A DNA stretch of 64,000 nt from Bacteroidia bacterium (GTDB lineage Bacteria > Bacteroidota > Bacteroidia > UBA8524): the NCBI GenBank assembly GCA_965222995.1, contig OZ244977.1:384152-448151 (forward strand), given 5' to 3'. A program made the position numbers and the translations under genes. Shown piece by piece: positions 36,601 to 46,182 of this stretch. How positions within the stretch are numbered: position 1 is the stretch's first letter; each line of letters begins with the position of its first letter. The notes below the pieces were generated by a model. The model did no database searches, had not been told where the DNA came from, and was given only the letters and a program-made list of their open reading frames with translations.

Positions 36601-37254
36601 ATGGGAGAAAATTCACACAAAATCCTTCTTTTCTTAAAGTTTGGTTCAGAGGAGAATATATTAGACCTTTATGAGAATGGTACAATATATATGAATACAG
36701 TCAGTTGGTTTAAAGGAGTTGATGATAATTATTTAAGGGGTGATGAATATGAGGGGCTATCTAAAATAGTGAATTACTCTAAAGGGAAATTCAGAATTGA
36801 AAGTATAAATTATGAAGGAAACTATGAAAAGCTGCAAATTAGGCAGTCTGATAAGAATACTAAAGGTAATATTTATAGTTTGTTTTGCGTGTCAAATTTT
36901 TTCGAGCCTAATCCTATGAATTTTAAAATAGATAAAAGGGTAGAAGAGTTTGGCTCTCATTGTTTGATAATTAAAAACTGCCCTAAGTTTTTATCTTTAA
37001 TGGAGGAAGGATTAAACGACTTAGGGTATAAACATAGCCATGGTTTTGTTAGGTATTATAATGCAGATAAGGTTAATGGTAACATTAATTTATTTCATAA
37101 AAGAGAAGAGTTTAAATACCAAAATGAATTTAGATTCTTAGTTACAAAGGATAAAGAAGAGTCTATAAAATTTCATATAGGTAGCTTAAAGGATATTTCA
37201 GAAATCGCAGTTTCAAGTGAAGCTAAATATCTTGAGCTAATATCTAAGAAATAG
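36601..37254 (+). CDS. Hypothetical protein, possibly DUF2971/AbiGi-like
   Basis: G.IYMN...F...D...RGD..EG N-terminus, V.YY and F.K...F.YQNEFRF C-terminal motif. Confidence 0.5.
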   Translation: MGENSHKILLFLKFGSEENILDLYENGTIYMNTVSWFKGVDDNYLRGDEYEGLSKIVNYSKGKFRIESINYEGNYEKLQIRQSDKNTKGNIYSLFCVSNFFEPNPMNFKIDKRVEEFGSHCLIIKNCPKFLSLMEEGLNDLGYKHSHGFVRYYNADKVNGNINLFHKREEFKYQNEFRFLVTKDKEESIKFHIGSLKDISEIAVSSEAKYLELISKK

Positions 37255-37309
37255 TTATCATAATATCAAATTTTCAAATCTTCAAATTCCCACGTATCTT
37301 GCACCCTGT

Positions 37310-38596
37310 ATGGCAACACAAGCAATGAACAGAGATACGGCAATCTTCGATTTAATTACGGAAGAAGGAAAACGTCAAGAATACGGTATTGAGTTAATAG
37401 CATCAGAAAACTTTGTTAGTAAACAAGTAATGGAAGCTATGGGTAGCGTGCTCACCAATAAATATGCTGAAGGCTTACCGGGCAAGCGTTATTATGGCGG
37501 TTGTGACGTGGTAGACAAGGTGGAGAACTTGGCCATAGAGCGTGTAAAACAATTGTTTGGTGCAGAGTGGGCAAATGTGCAACCTCATAGTGGTGCACAA
37601 GCCAATGCTGCTGTAATGCTAGCCGTACTTAAACCGGGTGATAAAATTTTAGGGTTCGACCTTTCGCATGGCGGGCATTTAACACACGGCTCACCCGTTA
37701 ACTTTTCAGGGAAACTATACGTTCCTTCTTTCTACGGTGTAGAAGAAGAAACAGGCTTAATAGATTTTGATAAAATTGAAGCGACTGCCGAGCGCGAGCA
37801 ACCTAAACTAATTATTTGTGGGGCATCGTCATACAGTCGCGATTGGGATTATAAACGCTTACGTGAAATAGCTGATAAAGTAGGGGCTTTATTATTAGCA
37901 GATATATCTCACCCTAGCGGGCTAATAGCCAAAGGATTTTTAAATAATCCTTTACCGCATTGCCATATAGTTACCAGTACAACCCATAAAACATTACGTG
38001 GACCTCGTGGGGGTGTAATAATGATGGGGCAAGATTTTGATAACCCTTGGGGTTTAAAAACACCTAAAGGAGTAGTTAAAAAAATGAGTGCTTTGCTTGA
38101 TGGGGCTGTGTTCCCGGGCACACAAGGCGGACCATTAGAGCATGTTATTGCTTCTAAAGCTGTTGCCTTTGGTGAGGCATTGACCGATGATTATAAAAAC
38201 TACTGCGAACAAGTAATTAAAAATGCACGTGCTATGGCAGATGCTTTTGTAGCTAAAGGCTACAAAGTAATATCTGGCGGTACGGATAACCACATGATGC
38301 TGATTGACCTACGTAGTAAAGACGTAAGCGGTAAACTAGCAGAGAATACCTTGGTTAAAGCAGACATTACCATAAACAAAAATATGGTGCCGTTTGATGA
38401 TAAATCTCCATTTGTAACCAGTGGTATGCGTATAGGTTCTTCTGCCGTAACCTCAAGAGGTATGAAAGAAGACGATGTAGTGAAAATTGTTGACTTAATA
38501 GACGAAGTATTGAGTAACCATGATAGCGATGCTGTTATCGCTGATGTACGCAAGCGCATCAACACGTGGATGGCAGACTTTCCATTATATGCATAA
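37310..38596 (+). CDS. glyA: Serine hydroxymethyltransferase
   Basis: [36 protein letters not shown]. Confidence 0.98.
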   Translation: MATQAMNRDTAIFDLITEEGKRQEYGIELIASENFVSKQVMEAMGSVLTNKYAEGLPGKRYYGGCDVVDKVENLAIERVKQLFGAEWANVQPHSGAQANAAVMLAVLKPGDKILGFDLSHGGHLTHGSPVNFSGKLYVPSFYGVEEETGLIDFDKIEATAEREQPKLIICGASSYSRDWDYKRLREIADKVGALLLADISHPSGLIAKGFLNNPLPHCHIVTSTTHKTLRGPRGGVIMMGQDFDNPWGLKTPKGVVKKMSALLDGAVFPGTQGGPLEHVIASKAVAFGEALTDDYKNYCEQVIKNARAMADAFVAKGYKVISGGTDNHMMLIDLRSKDVSGKLAENTLVKADITINKNMVPFDDKSPFVTSGMRIGSSAVTSRGMKEDDVVKIVDLIDEVLSNHDSDAVIADVRKRINTWMADFPLYA

Positions 38597-38610
38597 CTTA
38601 AAAAAACTCT

Positions 38611-38827
38611 CGCGTCATTGCGAGGTCTTCCGAAGCAATCTTTTTAGGTTTAGATAGATTGCTTCACTTTCTTGAATTTTTAAAGCAAAATAATTTGTCA
38701 AGCTCGTTCGCAATGACGTGTTAGCAGTCATATTGAGTAAAGTCGAAACATAGTGCAAGTGCGGTAGGTTGTCATTCCGAATTTATTTCGTAATCTATGT
38801 GATGTCATCCAGAGTGAAGTCGAAAGG
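38611..38827. repeat. Cluster of GTCA-initiated REP-like palindromic elements
   Basis: CGCGTCATTGCGA / TCGCAATGACGTG outer stem with inner GAAGCAATCT / AGATTGCTTC. Further GTCAT units at 38727, 38771 and 38804. Confidence 0.8.
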
Positions 38828-38840
38828 TGTGAAGGTGAAA

Positions 38841-39890
38841 TTAATTCTCTTCATCGTAATACACCTTGTAAAACTTTTTCCCAGTATCTTCATCATAGCC
38901 ACGTTCTATTAAGCTACGGTCACCATGTATGTATATATGGAAGTTTTTATCCAACTTTAGCACACTTTTAAAAACGCGCCCTTGCTTTTTTACTGCTGAG
39001 GTAGAAATCTCAAAATCTTCTGTAAAAGAAAAGTCGTTTTCACGCTGGTAGTTTTTGGTAAACGTGTCGAATGTATTCACTAAAGCAGGTTCTTCAAATA
39101 CCTCTTCGCTAAAGGTAGCAGTATCCATAGTATCACTTTTTTTAAAGAACTCTGCTGAGCGATTTAGTAAACCAATCTGGTCGGGTTTGGCAACCTCAAA
39201 CTGTTTAGGTAACTCGTTCATTACAAATTCTTTACACATACGCATGTAATTGGTGGTGTGGTAATAGGCATCTTGCTTTTGCTCTACACATAAAAAATCA
39301 TCTACCCAGTATTGCGCTTCGGTACTTCGGTTAGTATTGTCTACCACAGCTACATCCAAACCCTCATTATCCGTATTAAAAATAATGCAGCCTTTATCTA
39401 AATGCTTAGGGTCTATACCCTCTAAAAAGTTAATTTTTGATAAGCCTGTTTTGGTAAACTCTACATTAATAAACTTGTCTTTATTTTCTGATTTAAAAAT
39501 ACCCAAAGCATCTACAGGTTGGTTGTTTATATCACAGTCTTGTAACAGAGCTATATAAACCTCACCTCCTTTAATTTTTGGGTGGTCGCTACACTCATAC
39601 AAATGCTTGCAAATGTCTTTTGATAGACTTTGGAACAAGCTTTTATCAGCAAAAATTTTTTGAGCAAAGCTAAATACCTCATTCAAATCTAAGCTTGAGG
39701 AGTGGGTGAACCTAAACAATTCATCGGTATTAAAAGGTTTTAAGAAGAATTTCAGCAGTGTACGTTCATCATTACCACTTATCTCATTTAAAACATTGCG
39801 GTCGCTAAGTTTAATACCTTCTTCTTTATGCTTGTTACCTGAATAATGGATATTGAGTTGCGAAATTTTTGCTTCAGAAAAGTCTATCAT
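38841..39890 (-). CDS. Nucleoid-associated protein (YejK/NdpA family)
   Basis: H..GNK, HP.IKGGE.Y, GIFKSE, LDKGCIIFN, YW.DDFL, LKLDKNFHIYIHG. Start at ATG39890 after TATTTTTG. Confidence 0.9.
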   Translation of the reverse strand: MIDFSEAKISQLNIHYSGNKHKEEGIKLSDRNVLNEISGNDERTLLKFFLKPFNTDELFRFTHSSSLDLNEVFSFAQKIFADKSLFQSLSKDICKHLYECSDHPKIKGGEVYIALLQDCDINNQPVDALGIFKSENKDKFINVEFTKTGLSKINFLEGIDPKHLDKGCIIFNTDNEGLDVAVVDNTNRSTEAQYWVDDFLCVEQKQDAYYHTTNYMRMCKEFVMNELPKQFEVAKPDQIGLLNRSAEFFKKSDTMDTATFSEEVFEEPALVNTFDTFTKNYQRENDFSFTEDFEISTSAVKKQGRVFKSVLKLDKNFHIYIHGDRSLIERGYDEDTGKKFYKVYYDEEN

Positions 39891-39954
39891 GGTGAACAAA
39901 AATAAGTAATTGTTTAAGGGCTTTATTTCAAAATCTCACTTATTACATTTGTGT

Positions 39955-40809
39955 ATGCTCTCTTCCATAAAGAAACTACTACGCCGTGCACCTATATTTT
40001 TTCCCATTCGGTTTTGGTTAGTACTTACCAAACCTCAAAAAAAAGTGTTGGAAGAAGAGAACTACAACAGCTATAACCACAAAGAAGATATACCACAGGC
40101 CTTTTATACTGAAAACGAAAAAATGCAGGTGAAAGGTGAAACTACTTTTGAGCGAGCGTTACATATTGCTACTTACCTTAAAGGGAACTACCCCGGAGGG
40201 GCAAAAAACTTAGGCTATTCATCAGAGAAAACACTGCATACTTTACAAACCAAACCCGAAGGTACTTGTGGCGATTACTCGCAAGTGTATATACTGTTTT
40301 GTATTTTAAATTATATAAAAGTTCGCGAGTGGGGTGTACACGATAAAGTATATAAAAACACAGTCGGACATGTGTTTAATGAGGTCTATCTACCCGAACA
40401 AAACCAATGGATGTGTATTGATTTACACTTCGCTATTTACTTTAGAGATAAAGTCACACAACGGGTATTGTCCATGCCTGATATTATCCAAATGACAGCA
40501 GATGGTAATGAGGATAGCATAGAGATAGTACACTTTCTCCCCATTAAAGATAGTGATGAGGGTAGAGAGTATATTAAAAACATCTATTTCGGTCGGACTT
40601 ATTTATTCTTTCTGCTGACGAAGTATCACAACAAAAAAATGGATGATATGCTTAATAAGTTAAAAAAACTACCCATACCATTAGTGCATCTATTATTAAT
40701 TTTCAGGGGGCACTACTACAAGTATATGCTGGTATTTAGCCAAAAGACTGAAAAAGAAATAAACCAAAAACTAAAAGTTATTTTTAAGAGTTATAAAGCA
40801 TTAATATAA
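39955..40809 (+). CDS. Transglutaminase-like domain protein
   Basis: Cys-His-Asp triad: GTCGDY, GHVFNEVY, W..ID. Confidence 0.75.
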   Translation: MLSSIKKLLRRAPIFFPIRFWLVLTKPQKKVLEEENYNSYNHKEDIPQAFYTENEKMQVKGETTFERALHIATYLKGNYPGGAKNLGYSSEKTLHTLQTKPEGTCGDYSQVYILFCILNYIKVREWGVHDKVYKNTVGHVFNEVYLPEQNQWMCIDLHFAIYFRDKVTQRVLSMPDIIQMTADGNEDSIEIVHFLPIKDSDEGREYIKNIYFGRTYLFFLLTKYHNKKMDDMLNKLKKLPIPLVHLLLIFRGHYYKYMLVFSQKTEKEINQKLKVIFKSYKALI

Positions 40810-40812
40810 CCC

Positions 40813-43248
40813 TTGCCTTCAAACAAAAAAATACAACCCGCTATAGACTGGTTTTCTACCTTAGGGTGGCAGCCGCAAAAGTTTCAGCAAGAAACATGGC
40901 AAGCCTATTTATCAGGCAAAAGCGGTTTAGTTAATGCACCAACTGGGAGCGGCAAGACCTATAGTTTGGTAATACCCGCATTGTTGGAAGGTTTGGTAAA
41001 TGAAAGTAAAAGAACCAATCAGGGTTTGCAGCTAATATGGTTAACCCCCATAAGAGCCTTAGCTAAAGAGATATTTTTAGCTACCAATAGAGCTATAGAA
41101 AGCTTGGGAAGCAGTTGGGAAGTAGGTATCCGTACAGGAGACACCACTACCGCCCAAAGGGCAAAGCAAAAAAAGCAAATGCCCCAAATACTCATCACTA
41201 CGCCTGAAAGTTTACACTTAATGCTTTGTCAAAAAGGCTACGATAAAGTATTTAAAAACCTTAAATGTGTAGTAGCCGATGAGTGGCACGAATTGGTAGG
41301 GAGCAAAAGGGGAGTGCAGGTAGAACTTGGGCTAAGTCGACTAAAGCACATTACCAGATCAAAACTTAAGATTTGGGGGATATCTGCTACTATAGGAAAC
41401 TTGGAACAAGCCACAGAAATATTGATGGGTACAGACTATTACCCTAATGCCATTTCTATAAAAGCAGATATCCAAAAAGAGGTTATCATAGAAACAGTTT
41501 TCCCGGATGAGATTGAGAACTTCCCTTGGGCGGGGCATATGGGTACGAAGTTGCTGGAGAAAGTAATCCCCATAATTAATAATAGTACCAGTACACTGAT
41601 TTTTACCAATACCCGCAACCAAAGTGAAATTTGGTATCAACGATTATTGGCAGCGGCTCCGGAGTTATCGGGGATTATTGCCATGCACCACGGTAGCATA
41701 AGCCATGAGTTACGCAACTGGGTAGAAGAAGAACTACACCAGGGTAACCTTAAAGTGGTGGTGTGTACCAGCAGCTTAGATTTGGGGGTAGACTTTCGGC
41801 CCGTTGAAACTATTATACAAATTGGTAGTCCTAAAGGGGTTTCAAGGTTTTTACAACGAGCTGGACGTAGCGGACACCAGCCCGGTAAGCCTAGTAAAAT
41901 TTATTTTGTACCCACGCACTCACTAGAAATTATAGAAGGGGCAGCACTGCGGGAAGCCATGAAGCAGGGAATAATGGAAGACCGTATCCCTTTTGTACGC
42001 AGCTTTGATGTGCTTATACAATACTTGGTTACACTAGCGGTAAGCAATGGTTTTAAAGCTGATGAAATTTATGAGGAAGTAAAAACCACTTTTTGTTTTA
42101 GCAGTATAAGTCCAGAAGAGTTTGAGTGGTTATTGAGTTTTATAGTTAGTGGAGGAAATAGTTTAGAAGCCTACGATGAATACCATAAAGTAGTGCTGCA
42201 AAACGGATTGTTTAAGGTAGAAAGTAGGATGATAGCTATGCGCCACCGTTTATCTATTGGTACTATTGCCAGTGTACAGATGCTTAAGGTAAAATACATG
42301 AGTGGTAAGAGCTTGGGGAGTATTGAAGAGATATTTATTTCTAAGCTTAAACCCGGTGATACTTTTTGGATGGCAGGCAAGAACTTGGAGTTAGTCCAAA
42401 TAAAAAATATGGAAGTGTTGGTACGCAAAGGGAGTGGTAAAAAAGGCATTACACCCAGCTGGGGTGGGGGAAGAATGCCACTTTCGTCACAACTTTCAGC
42501 AATGTTGCGTAATAAGCTACATACGGTTGGGAGTAGCAAAGAGCAGGAGGTAAAACTTTTAGAACCTTTATTTGAGGTACAAAGCCAGCTTTCTATTGTA
42601 CCTAAGCAAAACCAATTTTTAATAGAAAAAATAAACGATAAGGAAGGCTGTCATGTGTTTTTCTTCCCTTTTGAGGGGCGTGCTGTGCATGAGGGAATGG
42701 CAGCACTATTGGCATACCGACTGGGGCACTTCAAAAAAATTACGCTTTCTATAGCCATGAACGATTATGGCTTTGAATTACTAAGCGACCAAGACATACC
42801 TATTGAAGAAGCTATAGATAGCGATATATTCACTACCGAGCATTTAACCAAAGATATTAAAGCCAGTATAAATGATACTGAGATGGCTAAGCGGCAATTT
42901 GCCCAAATAAGTAAAATTGCAGGTTTAATATTTCAGGGTTATCCCGGTAAGGCAATAAAAGAAAGGCATTTGCAATCCTCATCCCAATTATTTTTTGATG
43001 TGTTTTATGAGCATGAGCCTAACAATTTGTTATTACTCCAAGCCTACGAAGAAGTGTATGATTTCCAGTTAGAGCAAACCCGTATGCGAACGGCAATGGA
43101 ACGAATAAATCAGCAAGAAATTATTATTAATTACCCAACACAACCTACACCATTTGCCTTTCCTATTTTGGTAGATAGGTTAAGAGAGAAATTCACCAAT
43201 GAACCTATTGAAGAACGCATTAAAAAAATGAAATTAGCTTTTGACTAG
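40813..43248 (+). CDS. lhr: Ligase-associated DNA damage response DEXH helicase (Lhr-Core)
   Basis: APTGSGKT, TPIRALA, DEWH, SAT, HHGS, SSLDLGVD, QRAGRSGH. Confidence 0.93.
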   Translation: MPSNKKIQPAIDWFSTLGWQPQKFQQETWQAYLSGKSGLVNAPTGSGKTYSLVIPALLEGLVNESKRTNQGLQLIWLTPIRALAKEIFLATNRAIESLGSSWEVGIRTGDTTTAQRAKQKKQMPQILITTPESLHLMLCQKGYDKVFKNLKCVVADEWHELVGSKRGVQVELGLSRLKHITRSKLKIWGISATIGNLEQATEILMGTDYYPNAISIKADIQKEVIIETVFPDEIENFPWAGHMGTKLLEKVIPIINNSTSTLIFTNTRNQSEIWYQRLLAAAPELSGIIAMHHGSISHELRNWVEEELHQGNLKVVVCTSSLDLGVDFRPVETIIQIGSPKGVSRFLQRAGRSGHQPGKPSKIYFVPTHSLEIIEGAALREAMKQGIMEDRIPFVRSFDVLIQYLVTLAVSNGFKADEIYEEVKTTFCFSSISPEEFEWLLSFIVSGGNSLEAYDEYHKVVLQNGLFKVESRMIAMRHRLSIGTIASVQMLKVKYMSGKSLGSIEEIFISKLKPGDTFWMAGKNLELVQIKNMEVLVRKGSGKKGITPSWGGGRMPLSSQLSAMLRNKLHTVGSSKEQEVKLLEPLFEVQSQLSIVPKQNQFLIEKINDKEGCHVFFFPFEGRAVHEGMAALLAYRLGHFKKITLSIAMNDYGFELLSDQDIPIEEAIDSDIFTTEHLTKDIKASINDTEMAKRQFAQISKIAGLIFQGYPGKAIKERHLQSSSQLFFDVFYEHEPNNLLLLQAYEEVYDFQLEQTRMRTAMERINQQEIIINYPTQPTPFAFPILVDRLREKFTNEPIEERIKKMKLAFD

Positions 43249-43258
43249 CAAATAATTT

Positions 43259-43837
43259 CTATTCAAACTGTATAACCACTTTTTTCCGAAATAACTCTAT
43301 CGGGATTTTAGTTTTGTTTTTAGGGTCAGTAGAGAAGAAAACTAAGAGTAAAGGTTTGTCAATTTCTTCAATAGGAAAGATGGTTTTATTGTTGTCCTTA
43401 TCCATAAAACGTTCGGTAACCCTGGTGGCAAAAACAGTATCATTTTTTACTGTCAAATCTTTGTCGAATCTGTGCCAATCTAGTGAAGCGTCATAAAACC
43501 AATAATGTAACGTCTCATCATCAATTATAAGCATCTTCTTTTCATTAAAGTTATGCTCTACCATAGACTTAGCTCCAACATACTTAAAGTCTTTAAAATT
43601 TTCACTGTTCGGAGTATTATAATACAAACTGTCAAAAGAAGCACTTAAAAATACTCCCCTTAGTTTAACTAGCTTTATCTTAATTGTGAAAGGTTTCTTC
43701 TGTAAGGATATTACAGAACTATCATTTAAAACCTCTTTTACCAAAGTATCTTGCTGTATAAATATTTTAGCAGATTGACTACTCCCGTCAAATACATATA
43801 GAAGAGGAAGCAGCAGTAGAATATATTTTAACCTCAT
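43259..43837 (-). CDS. Hypothetical exported protein
   Basis: Signal-peptide-like N-terminus. No recognised motif. Confidence 0.6.
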   Translation of the reverse strand: MRLKYILLLLPLLYVFDGSSQSAKIFIQQDTLVKEVLNDSSVISLQKKPFTIKIKLVKLRGVFLSASFDSLYYNTPNSENFKDFKYVGAKSMVEHNFNEKKMLIIDDETLHYWFYDASLDWHRFDKDLTVKNDTVFATRVTERFMDKDNNKTIFPIEEIDKPLLLVFFSTDPKNKTKIPIELFRKKVVIQFE

Positions 43838-43908
43838 AACGTACTAATCTTGAAATACAAACATATTATATTTTAATAGCCCTCATCACTAAATTATCTT
43901 TGCTGCAA

Positions 43909-44544
43909 ATGCTCACCCATACCATCTGTGAAGAAGAGTTGACTTTACTACCCCAAAAAGCTATTTGGTGGGAAGCACAAAAGGCTGTAATAGTTTCAGA
44001 CTTGCATTTGGGCAAGGGGATGCATTTCCGCAAGGCAGGGTTGCCATTACCTTTGGTGAGCCACCAGAAAGATTTTGCCCAACTAATTGAGTTGTTAAAA
44101 ACTCCTAACTTAGAGCAAGTGATTTTTTTAGGTGATTTATTTCACAGCAGTTATAATAGCGATTGGGAGTTGGTAGGAGAAATACTAAAAGAGTTTAATC
44201 ACCTACGGCTTATATTAGTGCAGGGCAACCATGATATATTAAATAAACACCATTACGAACGTTTCAACTTCAATGTGTTTGATGTTTTACATTTAGGTCC
44301 TTTCGTGCTTTCACACGAACCCATAGAAGAGCCATCTGCTTATAACATTTACGGGCATATTCACCCTGGAGTAAAGCTATATGGCAAGGGGAGACAAAAA
44401 CTAAAATTACCTTGTTTCTTTTTTTCAAAAAACTATGCAGTACTCCCTTCATTTGGTAAGCTTACGGGGTTGTATGCTTTGCAGCCTAAAAAAAACGATA
44501 AAGTATTTGCAATTGCTGAAGGCAGGGTAGTGAGCTTAGCCTAA
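43909..44544 (+). CDS. pdeM: Ligase-associated DNA damage response endonuclease PdeM (metallophosphoesterase)
   Basis: SDLHLGK, LGDLFH, GNHD, HEP, GHIHP, LPSFG.LTG. Confidence 0.92.
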   Translation: MLTHTICEEELTLLPQKAIWWEAQKAVIVSDLHLGKGMHFRKAGLPLPLVSHQKDFAQLIELLKTPNLEQVIFLGDLFHSSYNSDWELVGEILKEFNHLRLILVQGNHDILNKHHYERFNFNVFDVLHLGPFVLSHEPIEEPSAYNIYGHIHPGVKLYGKGRQKLKLPCFFFSKNYAVLPSFGKLTGLYALQPKKNDKVFAIAEGRVVSLA

Positions 44545-44557
44545 AAACAAAAGAGGG

Positions 44558-45004
44558 CTAATTGCCCCCTTCTGCTAATTCTTTAAGTCTTGCGCCCTGC
44601 TTCATGGCTATTTTCTTGGTAAAGCCGGCAAACAGCTTCCCTAAAAAACGTGTAAAAGCATTATAGGTAGTAGTAATTACAGCATATTCTAAACGGGTTT
44701 TGCTGTCTCCTTCAGCAATAAGGTGATAGCTAATTTCCATAGCGAAAGATTTGCCGGCAAGTTTCATTACCAGTTTTTCAGGAGGGTTATATTCTAAGAT
44801 TTCTCCTGTATAGGTAGTTGTTCTTCCCCCTTCTTTCAAAGTATGCTTAAAAGGCTTACCTACAGGGTCATTCTCGTCGTAACCATCAGGGTATTCATTT
44901 CCCTGAAACTCAGGCACCCATTTTTTTAGGTTATCATCATCATAAATGCATTCAAATACCCTTTGGCGGGGTGCATTAATGTGGTGTGTCAGTTGTATTT
45001 CCAT
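44558..45004 (-). CDS. SRPBCC/START-like protein
   Basis: INAP...VF.....D...KW and LK.LAE C-terminus. Confidence 0.85.
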   Translation of the reverse strand: MEIQLTHHINAPRQRVFECIYDDDNLKKWVPEFQGNEYPDGYDENDPVGKPFKHTLKEGGRTTTYTGEILEYNPPEKLVMKLAGKSFAMEISYHLIAEGDSKTRLEYAVITTTYNAFTRFLGKLFAGFTKKIAMKQGARLKELAEGGN

Positions 45005-45006
45005 AG

Positions 45007-45396
45007 CTACTCAACTTTAGCAGGTTCCCACAATTCAATTTTATTACCTTCAGGATCTACTATCCAGCCAAATTTTCCAATACCTTCCATGTTTTCAGTT
45101 TCCTCCATCACTTGTACACCCTCTTCTTTTAAGGTGTTAAGCAGCCATTCAACATTTTCCACCCTAAGATTAAACATAAAAGCGTTTGAAGATGGGGCAA
45201 AGTATTGTGTATCAGCATTAAAAATAGAAAATACAGAAGTACCTCTTTTATCAGGTTTAGGGTCTTCATCCCAGTGCAAAGCACAATAAGTGTTACCACC
45301 AAAGTTTAAGCCCAAATGTTTTTCATACCATGCAGCTAAAGCTTTAGGGTCTTTTGCCTTAAAGAAGGCTCCGCCAATTCCGGTTACTCTTTTCAT
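45007..45396 (-). CDS. VOC/glyoxalase family protein
   Basis: VTGIGG.FFK..DP..L..WY..LG, GKFGWI.DPEGNKIELWEP. Confidence 0.92.
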   Translation of the reverse strand: MKRVTGIGGAFFKAKDPKALAAWYEKHLGLNFGGNTYCALHWDEDPKPDKRGTSVFSIFNADTQYFAPSSNAFMFNLRVENVEWLLNTLKEEGVQVMEETENMEGIGKFGWIVDPEGNKIELWEPAKVE

Positions 45397-45552
45397 AATA
45401 TTTTATTTTTGTTGTTAAAAATTCTGATGCAATAAACGCCAAAACTACTGTTTGCGTGCATCACCCATTTGGGTGATTTACATTTTTAAAATTAAAATAA
45501 TACAAAAAGGTGGTTTGTGTGAGAAAATATGTCATGAAAAAATTTGATAGAT

Positions 45553-46074
45553 ATGAAGTTTGATTTAACGAAAGCAATTTCAGTTTTAGAGCGTACACCA
45601 CAAGTACTAAATACATTACTTTTAGGACTGCATGAAGATTGGGTTTATAGCAATGAAGGCAATGATAGTTGGAGTCCTTATGATATTGTTGGTCATTTGA
45701 TACACGGTGAAATTACTGATTGGATACCGAGGTTAGAAATAATTTTGGCAAATGGTGTTGAAATTCCTTTTAAGCCTTTTGACAGGTTTGCACAGTTTGA
45801 AAACAGTAAAGGAAAAAGCTTAGAGCAGTTACTAGTTGAATTTGAGAAGTTAAGAAATAACAACCTTAAACACCTGGTTAGTATAGGTCTTACAGAGAGG
45901 CATCTTTCCCTTAAAGGTATCCATCCTGAATTTGGAGAGGTAACTTTAAAACAATTGCTTAGTACTTGGGTAGTACACGATTTAAGCCATTTAAATCAAA
46001 CTGCAAGAGTTATGGCAAAACAATACAACGAAGAAGTAGGAGAATGGAAGAAATACCTAAGTATTTTGAAATAA
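45553..46074 (+). CDS. DinB/YfiT family metal-dependent protein
   Basis: WSPYDIVGHL, HPEFG.VTL.QLL.TW..HD..H..Q. Confidence 0.9.
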   Translation: MKFDLTKAISVLERTPQVLNTLLLGLHEDWVYSNEGNDSWSPYDIVGHLIHGEITDWIPRLEIILANGVEIPFKPFDRFAQFENSKGKSLEQLLVEFEKLRNNNLKHLVSIGLTERHLSLKGIHPEFGEVTLKQLLSTWVVHDLSHLNQTARVMAKQYNEEVGEWKKYLSILK

Positions 46075-46182
46075 AGGGAATAAAAGAGCAAATATTTTCA
46101 TATTAGTTTAATTTTTTAATAAAATCTTTTAAAAAATTAGTTGTTTTTTCATAAATTGCAGTAAAAGTGTTGTGGGAACACA

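Noticed and set aside
38611-38827. Possible CRISPR array or tRNA
   Set aside because: The units are heterogeneous and irregularly spaced, there are no cas genes, and there are no tRNA D/T-arm consensus motifs.
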